Shown here: one piece after another, positions 37,398 to 46,118 of the stretch | Layout of the letters: each line of letters begins with the position of its first letter | Position numbering within the stretch: the stretch's first letter is position 1 | Source: a virus | Taxonomy: Duplodnaviria > Caudoviricetes | IMG/VR virus record: IMGVR_UViG_3300025864_000004 | Span: 1 to 50,950 of that record | Strand: one strand, 5' to 3' | DNA length: 50,950 nt | Position numbers and translations under genes: made by a program | Notes under the pieces: generated by a model | The model's input: only the letters and a program-made list of their open reading frames with translations | The model's database searches: none | Told to the model about the DNA's origin: nothing

Positions 37398-38227
37398 CGA
37401 CTCATCCAAGGCGGCATACGACTGGCGGCAATCTGCAACTGGTAGCGCATCATCCATGCCTGCGTGCCGTCAGCTATCTGACGCGGCGAGAGTGTTCCGA
37501 CGCCCTGCGTGTTGACGGCAATGTCGGAGCGGATACGGGGAGCTATCTTCTGAGTCAGGAGGTACCAACATGCGTAGGAGATGATCGGGTCCTTAGCCCG
37601 CGTCGGCAGACCGGCGGTCGTCTCTAGTGTGCTGGTGGTGGCGGTCAGTAGGGCGGGGCGGTTGATGCAGCGCACCCGCATGAACCCGGTGGGGGCACCG
37701 AAGAAGCGCAGTGTCAGATGGTCCCCGTCGCCCAGCCATTCGTACTTGCTACGCGCCATCTTCGTGTAGGCCCCGGTGGCGTCGGCGCGAGTCTCAACGG
37801 CGGTGACGAACTGCGTCGCCGGGTCCAGCGCATACTCATAGCTGTCGGGCACGATGGCGATACTGGTGTCAGCCTTGGCTGTGTAGAAGGCTGGAAAGAG
37901 GTTGTCGATAGCGGCGTTGATGGCCTGTTCCACGGTACGGGTCCGCCAGTACAGGTACTTGTAGGTTACGCGCACGGTGACGCCACCAGACGGAGCAGCC
38001 GTGAACGTGATGGTGCCCGTCTCGTAGTCCATCGTGAAGGCCGTGGTCACGGCGTCATCGAGCGTAACGACCAGTGTGCCGGTAGTGTCCGAAACTACGT
38101 AGCCCATGGGGGCGATGAGATAGCTGCTCGTGGTACCGTCTGCCACCGTCTCCGCTAGCCCGTTCATGGCGACATTCTCAAGCTCATCGTTCACCAGACT
38201 AACGAGGTCGTTTCGAGTTACACTCAT
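37394..38227 (-). CDS. Head-tail adaptor / tail tubular A-like protein
   Basis: Helical ends (TRNDLV, QAINAAI, IISYAC) with inserted beta domain; position before nozzle. Confidence 0.65.
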   Translation of the reverse strand: MSVTRNDLVSLVNDELENVAMNGLAETVADGTTSSYLIAPMGYVVSDTTGTLVVTLDDAVTTAFTMDYETGTITFTAAPSGGVTVRVTYKYLYWRTRTVEQAINAAIDNLFPAFYTAKADTSIAIVPDSYEYALDPATQFVTAVETRADATGAYTKMARSKYEWLGDGDHLTLRFFGAPTGFMRVRCINRPALLTATTSTLETTAGLPTRAKDPIISYACWYLLTQKIAPRIRSDIAVNTQGVGTLSPRQIADGTQAWMMRYQLQIAASRMPPWMSR

Positions 38228-40395
38228 ATCTTCGCGACCCCCTTGTTTGGTAATAATTCTATTTCGTTGCTTATGTCTATTATACCACGACTATTCGTAA
38301 GTGGTCTTAGCGTACCCGCTATATCCATTCCACCTGCACCGCCTATTTTCTTGTGCGGCCTAAAGTGTGTGAAGACGGTACCGCTACCGGCTACCGAGGT
38401 CTTCGCCGTGGTCACTACACCGATGCCAAGGCCCGGTGGGCGGCCAGTGCCGATCACACCAGCAGCGCCCGTGGTCAGCGAGCCGATGCCGTGAACCCCT
38501 TCCCTGCCAGTCCCGGCGGTGGCCATGGCGGCAGTGCGGAGTGAGCCCGCGCCCGCGACCTTCTCTATCCCCGTCCCGATAGCCCTTGCCTTGGCAGTGG
38601 TGACGACTCCTACACCGTGATTCTGGAGATGGCCCGTACCGACGATTCGTGGTGCGCCGACCGTCAGCGCTCCGGTGCCGCTAGTCTTCTCGCTGCCGAT
38701 GCCCGCGATGCGAGCGGTACCCGTCGTGAGTGCGCCGACGCCCTCTGTGGACGACGTGACGGTGGCCTCGCCTACGCCAGCAACAGCAACCTTGCCCGTT
38801 GTGACGGTGCCCCAGCCCGAAACATCGGTACCGTCCCCGAAGAGGTCGAAGCCGTCAGGGATAACCAGCACGTCGCTTATGTAGTAGATGCCCTCGGGGA
38901 AGTAGAGCTGCGTGACACCGAGCGACACTGCTGCGGAGACAGCATCCTCGATGGCCGCAAGGTCATCAGTCGCACCGTCGCCAACAGCGCCGTAGTCCTT
39001 GACATTGACGGCATCGAGCCCGATCCCGGCGAGACTTGTCGCACCGACCCTTAGCGCACCGGCACCCGATATTGCGCCGGGCTCCGTCGCCGCGCCAGAG
39101 CCCGCAACCCGTGCGGCTCCGGCGGAGAGAGCGCCCGTACCAACAGCCCTGAGCTTCCCGACGCCCGCAACAGCCGATGCCGCTGACCTGAGCGTACCGC
39201 TGCCGACGAAGTGCGCGCTGCCGACGCCGGTAGCCTTCATCGCCGCAGCGGTGAGCGCACCCGCACCCGCAAAGTGGACCGCGCCGCTGCCGGTGGCCGT
39301 AGCCGTCCCGGTCGTCGCGGTACCAGTGCCGATGTTCCTGAGCTTGCCTGCCGCGCTGAGGCGAGCGGCCCCAGTCATCAGCGTGCCGCTGCCCGCCGTC
39401 TTCTCGCTGCCAACGCCTGCGGCCGTGGCCCTGGCTGTCGTGAGCGCACCAGAGCCGGAGACCTTCGGCGTGACGGTACCAGCCCCAGCGACGGACGCCT
39501 TGCCTGTCGTCAGTGCTCCCGTACCGGAGACGACCAGCTTTCCCGCTCCCGCCACAACCGCAGCGGCTACCAGCAGCACGGCAACGCCCTTGATGATGTG
39601 CTTGCCTGTGCCTGCGGCCTTGGCCGCGCCTGCGGTGAGCGTGCCCGTGCCCGAAATCTTTACGGTGCCGCTACCCGCTATCGCCGCAGCCCCGGCAGTG
39701 ACGGCACCGCTGCCGCCCGGCGTACCCCCTATTGTGTCGAAGTCGAGTTCGTCACCGTAGGCGGTGCCGCTAGAGTTCGTCGCGTAGGAACGGACGTGAT
39801 AGGTGGTGTCGGCGTCGAGCCCGGTCAGCTCGCTGGCGAAGTTGACGATGACGTTGCCGGTTCCCGCAATTGCAGCCTTGCCGGTGGTGAGCGTCCCGCC
39901 TCCGCCAAGGATAGTGTAGGTGACGGTGACTCTCACGAAGTCCAGCGACCACACCCTAGATGTGGTGGCGCTACCGGTGGCTGCTCGCGTCCTTACTCTC
40001 AGGCCTGTCGACCCGGTGGCGTTCAGTTCGCCTGCGGTCGGCAGGCTGGTGGTAATGGTCTGCGTGACCGTGTACTCGGTGTTGGTAGCAGCCGGTGTGC
40101 CCGTCGCCTCAGTACCTACGGCGGTAGTGCCGCCCTTGAAGAGCTGCACGCCGAAGACATTGCCTGTGATGAGGGCGCTGATCTTGTAGATGGACGCAAC
40201 GGCAACCTGGCTGATGATTGCGCCGGTAGGAATGGCGAACCCGAAGTCGGAGTAGTAGTTGAGGTCCGACTCATTCCTGACTACTGAGGTGATGGTGGCG
40301 AACGATGTGTCGTCAGCGTACCCGTAGGTCGGGTTCGTCCAGGCGACTGCCCCAGACTGGTATCCGGCTGGATAGTTGGGGCCGACGCTAGCCAT
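38224..40395 (-). CDS. Gly/Ala-rich repeat fibre protein with embedded half-domains
   Basis: ~20-aa G.G.LT.G.A...AG.G repeats; domain X; FN3 C-half; NVKDYGAVGDG segment. Confidence 0.8.
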   Translation of the reverse strand: MASVGPNYPAGYQSGAVAWTNPTYGYADDTSFATITSVVRNESDLNYYSDFGFAIPTGAIISQVAVASIYKISALITGNVFGVQLFKGGTTAVGTEATGTPAATNTEYTVTQTITTSLPTAGELNATGSTGLRVRTRAATGSATTSRVWSLDFVRVTVTYTILGGGGTLTTGKAAIAGTGNVIVNFASELTGLDADTTYHVRSYATNSSGTAYGDELDFDTIGGTPGGSGAVTAGAAAIAGSGTVKISGTGTLTAGAAKAAGTGKHIIKGVAVLLVAAAVVAGAGKLVVSGTGALTTGKASVAGAGTVTPKVSGSGALTTARATAAGVGSEKTAGSGTLMTGAARLSAAGKLRNIGTGTATTGTATATGSGAVHFAGAGALTAAAMKATGVGSAHFVGSGTLRSAASAVAGVGKLRAVGTGALSAGAARVAGSGAATEPGAISGAGALRVGATSLAGIGLDAVNVKDYGAVGDGATDDLAAIEDAVSAAVSLGVTQLYFPEGIYYISDVLVIPDGFDLFGDGTDVSGWGTVTTGKVAVAGVGEATVTSSTEGVGALTTGTARIAGIGSEKTSGTGALTVGAPRIVGTGHLQNHGVGVVTTAKARAIGTGIEKVAGAGSLRTAAMATAGTGREGVHGIGSLTTGAAGVIGTGRPPGLGIGVVTTAKTSVAGSGTVFTHFRPHKKIGGAGGMDIAGTLRPLTNSRGIIDISNEIELLPNKGVAKI
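38279..38288 (-). promoter_or_regulatory. Extended -10 promoter upstream of adaptor gene
   Basis: GTGGTATAAT ~50 nt upstream of 38227. Confidence 0.5.
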
Positions 40396-41276
40396 CAGTC
40401 GCTCGTGTGGCTATCTGCGATGGTCGGCGTGCCGGTCGTGTTCCAGCAGACTCCACGGGCGGTGATCGTCGCTCCGCCGTCGCTAGTTATGCTGCCTCCG
40501 CTGGTGGCCGAGTCGGCGGCGATAGCGCTGATGGCCGTGGTGGTGAGGGTGGGGGCGCTGGAGTCTGTGCTGGCAGCGAGTACACCGGCTGCGTAGTTGG
40601 CCGCCACGTCGCCCGACGTGAGGGCTGCCGAGTAGAGGCGCAGGGTGGCCGTTGAGTGAATGCAGTAGGTGAGCCAACCGGCATTGGCCCCAAGAGCACC
40701 CTTGATGAAAGCGGCTAGTGTCCCGCCCCCGATAGCAGCAGGTGTGCCAACCCCGGCACCGTCCACATACGCAGTCCAGTAACCGCCGCCTGCCGTGACC
40801 ACGATGTGGTGCATCGCGCCGTCGTCTATTGCTGCCGTCCCGTTCACGATGGCGTCAGTGCTCGCCACCACGAAGTGCGTCTCTAGATGATGCGAGGTAA
40901 CGCGGATGTCGACGGCGTTGGCGTAGCTGGAATCACACCAGCCCAGTATGCCGAGGCTTCCACCTGCGTTGGACGGTAGCGCCGACCACGTTTCAATAGA
41001 GAACGTCTTGGTCGCGAACGTGCTGTTGAGACCCAGGGTCAACGGTACGTCGTCGTTCGTGGCGTCGAACACCATCCGGTAGGGATCGCCAGATGTGCCG
41101 GACCCCGCCCATCCCGAGGAAGTCGTCCAACCGAATGTCGTAATCGAGCCGCTGTCGTAGCTGCCCTCCAGGTCGTCCCACACACTCGTTGGGTCGGCGT
41201 TGTTACCGGGCGCGGTACCAGCCTTAGCGAGCCTGCCGACGTACTCGGCGACCAGGTTGGCAGTGACGAGTGCCAT
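40395..41276 (-). CDS. LamG/ConA-like domain protein ending in an FN3 N-half
   Basis: FSIETW, HHIVVT, YVDG, LRLYSAALT; ends SDGGATITARGVCW...SHTSD. Confidence 0.8.
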   Translation of the reverse strand: MALVTANLVAEYVGRLAKAGTAPGNNADPTSVWDDLEGSYDSGSITTFGWTTSSGWAGSGTSGDPYRMVFDATNDDVPLTLGLNSTFATKTFSIETWSALPSNAGGSLGILGWCDSSYANAVDIRVTSHHLETHFVVASTDAIVNGTAAIDDGAMHHIVVTAGGGYWTAYVDGAGVGTPAAIGGGTLAAFIKGALGANAGWLTYCIHSTATLRLYSAALTSGDVAANYAAGVLAASTDSSAPTLTTTAISAIAADSATSGGSITSDGGATITARGVCWNTTGTPTIADSHTSD

Positions 41277-42535
41277 CAGGGGCTCACGGTGTTGCCTGAG
41301 ACGGTGTTGCCTGAGCCGCTGACCGTCCAGTTGTCGGTGGGATCGCCGCCGGTCACGGTGTTGCTGGTGATGACGCAGTTGTCGCCGGTCGACTGGAAGA
41401 CGTAGGCACCTGCGTCGGCGGAGTGCGTGATGACGTTATCGGTGATGGTGCAGCCCGCGCCGCCATTGTTGACGAAGTAGGGCGACCATGAGCTGTGAAC
41501 GATGCTGTAGGGATCGTCGGTGCCGTCGATTGTGCAGCCGTGCATGGTGTTCGGGCCGGGAGCCTGGAAGTAGACCACCGCTTCCCTGCCGTCCGAGAAT
41601 GTGCAGTCCTGAACGATAACGTTGGCGGCACCCTTCTCTACGATGACGTTACCGTTCCACTGCGGGCTGGGACCGTAGCCGTGCCCGTAGAAGCGGCAAT
41701 TCTTCACCGTGCTGTAGCCTCCGCTCGGTGCCCCGTTGTCGGTGCGAGCCATGCCCGAGTAGTCGATGCTGGCGCACTCCCCGGGGTAGAATGTGCAGCC
41801 GTCGAAGTCGATGTTGTAGAAGGCGTTCTGGCTGCGCGTCGCGTTGGTGTAGTCGACCCACATCTCAATGGCGAAGTGGTGGCCGTCGATGGCCCACTCG
41901 CAGTTGTTGAAAGCGATGTCGTGGACGCTGGTCTCGCCGGATAGGGGGCTGGCCTTGATGGCCACGTTGACAAAGTTGTCCGCCTCATGGCCGCTGGCCG
42001 GTGTGCCTGCGTTGGCCTCGAAGTAGCAGTTGTCGAAGGTAATCCCAGAGACCGTCCAGTTCACGCCCTGCCAGGGGCCTCCGATGCAGACCATGATTGC
42101 GGGGTTCGGGTTATTCCCACCCACGTCCGTGCCCCCGCCCCCCGTGAATCGGCATCTCGCAAAGGTAGTGCCGCTGATGGTCTTGAGGGAGAAGCATTGG
42201 CCCGTCGCCCCGAGCTTGAGGTCGGTGAACGAGCCGTTACTGCCCGCGCTGATGGGACCCTTGATCCAAGCCGTCGATCCTGAGCCGATCAGGTTGGCAT
42301 AACTGGGAACGGTGAGCCGCGAGGCCAGATAATAGTCGCCCGGCGGGAAGTAGACGGGAGCGCTGCCAGCCGCCGTGATGGCGCTCTGGATGTGGGCCAC
42401 GTCATCGGTCGTGCCGTCGGCGTGCGCCCCGTAGTCCATGACGTTGAAGAACGGCACGAGTGTGTCGATGATGATGTCGGTGAACGTGCAGCCAGCGCCG
42501 TACTCCACGGTCCCGGCGATCCGTGATAGTGCCAT
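41276..42535 (-). CDS. Right-handed beta-helix (pectate-lyase-like) putative depolymerase
   Basis: NVMDYGAHADGTTDD, VYFPPG.Y, repeated I.F.NC.F / ITDN.I coils. Confidence 0.85.
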   Translation of the reverse strand: MALSRIAGTVEYGAGCTFTDIIIDTLVPFFNVMDYGAHADGTTDDVAHIQSAITAAGSAPVYFPPGDYYLASRLTVPSYANLIGSGSTAWIKGPISAGSNGSFTDLKLGATGQCFSLKTISGTTFARCRFTGGGGTDVGGNNPNPAIMVCIGGPWQGVNWTVSGITFDNCYFEANAGTPASGHEADNFVNVAIKASPLSGETSVHDIAFNNCEWAIDGHHFAIEMWVDYTNATRSQNAFYNIDFDGCTFYPGECASIDYSGMARTDNGAPSGGYSTVKNCRFYGHGYGPSPQWNGNVIVEKGAANVIVQDCTFSDGREAVVYFQAPGPNTMHGCTIDGTDDPYSIVHSSWSPYFVNNGGAGCTITDNVITHSADAGAYVFQSTGDNCVITSNTVTGGDPTDNWTVSGSGNTVSGNTVSP

Positions 42536-42879
42536 TACGAAGTCGCTCCCTGGAAGTGTGTATTGGCGGGCACCTGCAATGTGCTGCCCAGTTTGTAAAT
42601 ACCTACGGGGAAGAAAACGACTGCGCCCAGCGCCGCAGCGACGGTCGCGCGTATTGCAGACACGTCGTCGCTCACGCCGTCACCCCTGGCTCCGTAGTCC
42701 TTGACGTTGCATCCGACGGGGGTAGGCGTGGGCGTTGGGGTAGGGGTAGGCGTCGGAGTGGGGTGCGGCGTGGGGTGCGGCTTCTGGGGCTTCGCGGACG
42801 CAGATGCCCCGAACGCCGCAACGCCCCCGACGACGATCCCGACGTAGCTGATGAACTGCCTGCGCGTGATGCAGGCCAT
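42535..42879 (-). CDS. Tat-signal protein with PT linker and truncated pectate-lyase-3 cap
   Basis: TRRQFI + hydrophobic core + ASA; (PT)n; NVKDYGARGDG. Confidence 0.75.
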   Translation of the reverse strand: MACITRRQFISYVGIVVGGVAAFGASASAKPQKPHPTPHPTPTPTPTPTPTPTPVGCNVKDYGARGDGVSDDVSAIRATVAAALGAVVFFPVGIYKLGSTLQVPANTHFQGATS

Positions 42880-42882
42880 GCC

Positions 42883-43323
42883 TTACGCCTGGTCTATAGG
42901 CACACTCAGGGTGAGGGCAGTGATGTCGACCTGAGAACCCGTGGCGATGACGGCGCTGTTGAGCACGAGGTCGTCGCCCGCTGTTCCGGAACACGTGCCC
43001 TGTAGCACGACGGCAGCCGAGCCGTTGATGACGCGGAAGTGGGTAGCGGCTGAGGCGTTGCCGGTGGCGTGCGGGTCGGAGACCGTAGCGGTGAGGGCGG
43101 CGTCCGAGGTGTGCGTGCCTGCCGTGTAGGAAGCAGCACCCCAGAATGCGCCTGCGGCGGCGCATGTGGCGACTTCCGTCGCGGCTGCGTCGTTGGCGTG
43201 GGTCGGCTCGGCGCCGGTGTAGATGACGAGAGTGCCGTTGCCGCCGGAATCGGCGAGGTCGGCGATGGTGTTGCAGGCAGCAGTTGCAGCAGCCTGGCTT
43301 ACTCTACAGTGGTGGGCGGCCAT
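42883..43323 (-). CDS. Virion structural protein, hypothetical
   Basis: AAGGAG RBS; LVIYTG..P, ATHFRV pattern typical of small phage structural proteins. Confidence 0.65.
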   Translation of the reverse strand: MAAHHCRVSQAAATAACNTIADLADSGGNGTLVIYTGAEPTHANDAAATEVATCAAAGAFWGAASYTAGTHTSDAALTATVSDPHATGNASAATHFRVINGSAAVVLQGTCSGTAGDDLVLNSAVIATGSQVDITALTLSVPIDQA

Positions 43324-43445
43324 TATTTATCACTCTCCTTTGAGTTGTCTGTCTTCGGCGGCGTGACGATTCCCACGCCTTTCATCTTTACCTTGAAGCC
43401 CCCAAAAAGCGGGATCACCGGGGCCTCTTTCTTTTCGTCTGCCAT
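43323..43445 (-). CDS. Small hypothetical protein (40 aa)
   Basis: MADEKKEAPVIPLFGG...; coupled by TAATG. Confidence 0.5.
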   Translation of the reverse strand: MADEKKEAPVIPLFGGFKVKMKGVGIVTPPKTDNSKESDK

Positions 43446-43446
43446 G

Positions 43447-43782
43447 TCAGCCCCTTCCGATGAAGCCGCCGACCGTTACGAAGGCGCCCACGCTGGCACC
43501 ATCGCTAGTCAGGGTGAGAGCCGTGTTCGAGGCCAGCTTCTTGGGAGTCTTGAACATGACGTTAGACGCGCCGTTTATGCCGAGAGCGAGTTTCCACTTA
43601 GCGGTGGTGGTGCCCTGTTCAAGGGTGAAGGTTCTGGCGGTCGCCCCACCGAAGACCCCGATGTCCGTAATGTAAATCGCGAGACCCGTCCCCGGAGCGG
43701 CGACGAAGCTGGTATCTGCCCAAGCCGTGTCCTGTCCAAGCTCCACGCTGAACTCGTTGTTATTCCCGTGCTGTTGACTCAT
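43447..43782 (-). CDS. Small beta-rich virion protein
   Basis: AAGGAGG RBS. Confidence 0.7.
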   Translation of the reverse strand: MSQQHGNNNEFSVELGQDTAWADTSFVAAPGTGLAIYITDIGVFGGATARTFTLEQGTTTAKWKLALGINGASNVMFKTPKKLASNTALTLTSDGASVGAFVTVGGFIGRG

Positions 43783-43845
43783 GTTCCCTCCTTGAGACCC
43801 TCGCGCTGGAACTTCTCAGCACCAGCAGGGTCGAGTTGAAGTAGT

Positions 43846-43874
43846 AGGGCGGGGAGCTTTACGCCCCCCGCCCT
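43846..43874 (-). terminator. Hairpin after the capsid operon
   Basis: AGGGCGGGG...CCCCGCCCT. Confidence 0.6.
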
Positions 43875-43881
43875 TGTAGTT

Positions 43882-44292
43882 TCAGTAACCGATTGCGAAG
43901 CCGGTCACAACGAAGCCGTCAACGACCTCGGTATCGTCGGCCGTCTTCACAAGGCCGGTAGTGCCGGCCGCAGCGTAGGTGGCCGCATAGACGTGGATCA
44001 CTCCGGTCGCTGGAGCGCCGTTTGTGGCGGGAATGTAGACTGCCGGATATGCCAGGTCGCCAGTAGTCCGCGCCGGATCGTGGAGCGCACTAACAACAGC
44101 CATAAGCACCTTGTTGGGAAACAGCGCCGACAGGTTGAGAGTAAATCCACCAACGGGGACCCTCCCCGTACCAGCGGTAGCCGTGAATGCCTTGATGGAA
44201 GCGCCAGGCATGTTCTTGATGCCGCCACAGGACTGGACCAGCTTATTGCTGAGACCAGTAACCTCTGCGACTGTCAGGGTAGTGTTAGCCAT
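43882..44292 (-). CDS. Probable capsid decoration protein
   Basis: 136 aa beta-rich, after MCP, before terminator. Confidence 0.55.
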   Translation of the reverse strand: MANTTLTVAEVTGLSNKLVQSCGGIKNMPGASIKAFTATAGTGRVPVGGFTLNLSALFPNKVLMAVVSALHDPARTTGDLAYPAVYIPATNGAPATGVIHVYAATYAAAGTTGLVKTADDTEVVDGFVVTGFAIGY

Positions 44293-44295
44293 GAC

Positions 44296-44613
44296 TCAGA
44301 CCTCCACCTTCATAGTATTCATAGTGCCAACCTCCTGTTTTGAATGGTATTCAGCGTGACAGTTTCTACAAAGCACAATGCACTTTGCTATTTCTCTGTT
44401 CAGCTTTTCCCAACTTACGTTGTTGTTCACAAGAACAGAGACAGCCTTGGCCTTCTTCTCGTCGCCCGTGTGGTGAAAGTCGAGGGCATCCGAACAAGCC
44501 TCGTAACCACACCACACGCACCCCGATTCCATCTTTACTTCCTTGATGTAAGCACGGCGAAGCAGTCGTCTTTCGTTGTTTGCAGCGCTCTGCTTATCCG
44601 AAGGCCAAGGCAT
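44296..44613 (-). CDS. HNH endonuclease
   Basis: GCVWC...LDFHH...EIAKCIVLCRNCH. Confidence 0.85.
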   Translation of the reverse strand: MPWPSDKQSAANNERRLLRRAYIKEVKMESGCVWCGYEACSDALDFHHTGDEKKAKAVSVLVNNNVSWEKLNREIAKCIVLCRNCHAEYHSKQEVGTMNTMKVEV

Positions 44614-44623
44614 AAACTATCTG

Positions 44624-45925
44624 CTAAACCCAAGTAATATACTGGAGACTAGCGTGGCTCTTGGCACCGTCGAGAACCTTGACGCCCAGTTCACCGAGGT
44701 AACGCTGCTTCCAAGCATCGGTACCGTCAGGAGTGCTGGTGTCAATGCCCCACTCCATCTTCACGAAGGGACGGAACTCAGTCAGGAACACCTTCTTGGT
44801 GTTGATGATGAAGAGGTCCGACCTGGAACAGTTCATGCAGGGAACAAGCTCCATCTCGACGCCGAGGTCCGTTTCAAGGGACTTCAGCGCGCGACCCCAC
44901 TTGGTCTCCGCCTGCGTAATACGCACCTTGTCGGCACCGAACCCAGAAATGGTACGGATGTTGTTGGGATGAGAGACCAGAATAAGCGGGTCACTCATGT
45001 CGTTACCCACACTCATCAGGTTAGCAATAAGCTGACTGATGGCGCTCTCGGTGACCACCTTGGTAGCATAGTCAACAAGACCGTTCGTGTATGAGGCAGC
45101 AACGTTCTGGAACTGCTGGAAACCCTTCGTGGTGCGGGCGTAGGCGTCAGTACCCTGCCAGGCGTCAGCCTCGGTATCTGCACCCTGAGAAGCGGAGGCA
45201 CCGGGGTTGACGGCCCCATACAGAAGCATGGACTCAATCTCGTTCTTCAGCTCAACGAGCCTATTATCAAACTGACTCTGGAGAGAGTCGGCAGCAATAA
45301 GACGCTTGCTGGCGAGCTGTGAGCCAGAGACAGTCAGGTAGAAGTCCATGATCTGCGTGTAGTTAGCCGCAAGGGTAACGTCCGTGTACTTGTTCTCATC
45401 CGGCGAAGAACCTTCTTGCTTCGGAGAGGCAAGAATCTCGTAGGTGTCCGTCGCGGTATGAGCGGTGCTGCCCTCGTCGACTGTAGAGCCAACGGGCTGA
45501 GCGTAGTTACGTTTGACGGTAATGTCGCCAGCGGCCCCGGTGCCTACGGCCACCGTCACCCGCATAATCTCGTTAGCACCATAGGTGCCGACGGGAGTAG
45601 CTCTGGAGACGTTTCGGATCAGCGAACCAGCCTGAATCGTCAGGCCGATGCCGCTGGTGTTGCCACCGATTTTACCGGCCGTAGCAGAGCCGACAATCGC
45701 CGTGCCGCCCGTACCAGTGGGGGCATCGGAAACGAAGGTGCGGCCACGGGTGTTCGCCGTTTCCCACTCGTACTTGGTACCATCGACAGGCACCTTGGGG
45801 AAGCGGTCAACGAGCTGCGACTTAGCGCAGATCATCGGGTAGAGAACGCTGTCGATGTTTCGTGAAAAGGTGTTGGCAGTCTTATCGTAGGACGCTACAT
45901 CAACACCCGGAGTTGGATAGGCCAT
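44624..45925 (-). CDS. Major capsid protein (SU10-like HK97 fold with insertion domain)
   Basis: KYEWET, EGS, NYTQI...VSGS, ELKNEIE..LLYG, GELGVKV; strong AAAGGAGG RBS. Confidence 0.88.
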   Translation of the reverse strand: MAYPTPGVDVASYDKTANTFSRNIDSVLYPMICAKSQLVDRFPKVPVDGTKYEWETANTRGRTFVSDAPTGTGGTAIVGSATAGKIGGNTSGIGLTIQAGSLIRNVSRATPVGTYGANEIMRVTVAVGTGAAGDITVKRNYAQPVGSTVDEGSTAHTATDTYEILASPKQEGSSPDENKYTDVTLAANYTQIMDFYLTVSGSQLASKRLIAADSLQSQFDNRLVELKNEIESMLLYGAVNPGASASQGADTEADAWQGTDAYARTTKGFQQFQNVAASYTNGLVDYATKVVTESAISQLIANLMSVGNDMSDPLILVSHPNNIRTISGFGADKVRITQAETKWGRALKSLETDLGVEMELVPCMNCSRSDLFIINTKKVFLTEFRPFVKMEWGIDTSTPDGTDAWKQRYLGELGVKVLDGAKSHASLQYITWV

Positions 45926-45934
45926 AGTTGATGA

Positions 45935-46106
45935 CCTCCTTTGTGTGCGCCAATTCGGCGCTTCATTGGTTCATGCACTGCGTGTTGCGAGCGACTCAGC
46001 ATGAACTCCAAAGGAGGAGATTCGCTTACGTAATGTTACTCAAGCAAGGACCGGCATTGAGCTAACAATTACTTCGTCGTGTAAAGCTCTATCTCTATTA
46101 TAACAC
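45935..46106 (-). promoter_or_regulatory. Capsid promoter and structured 5' leader
   Basis: TGtTATAAT at 46105-46097; three hairpins and a 9-nt anti-SD. Confidence 0.6.
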
Positions 46107-46118
46107 AACTATTTGTGA

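Noticed and set aside
33170-43323. Diversity-generating retroelement or invertase shufflon acting on fibres
   Set aside because: No reverse transcriptase, TR/VR pair, serine invertase or inverted crossover repeats seen; all genes are co-oriented
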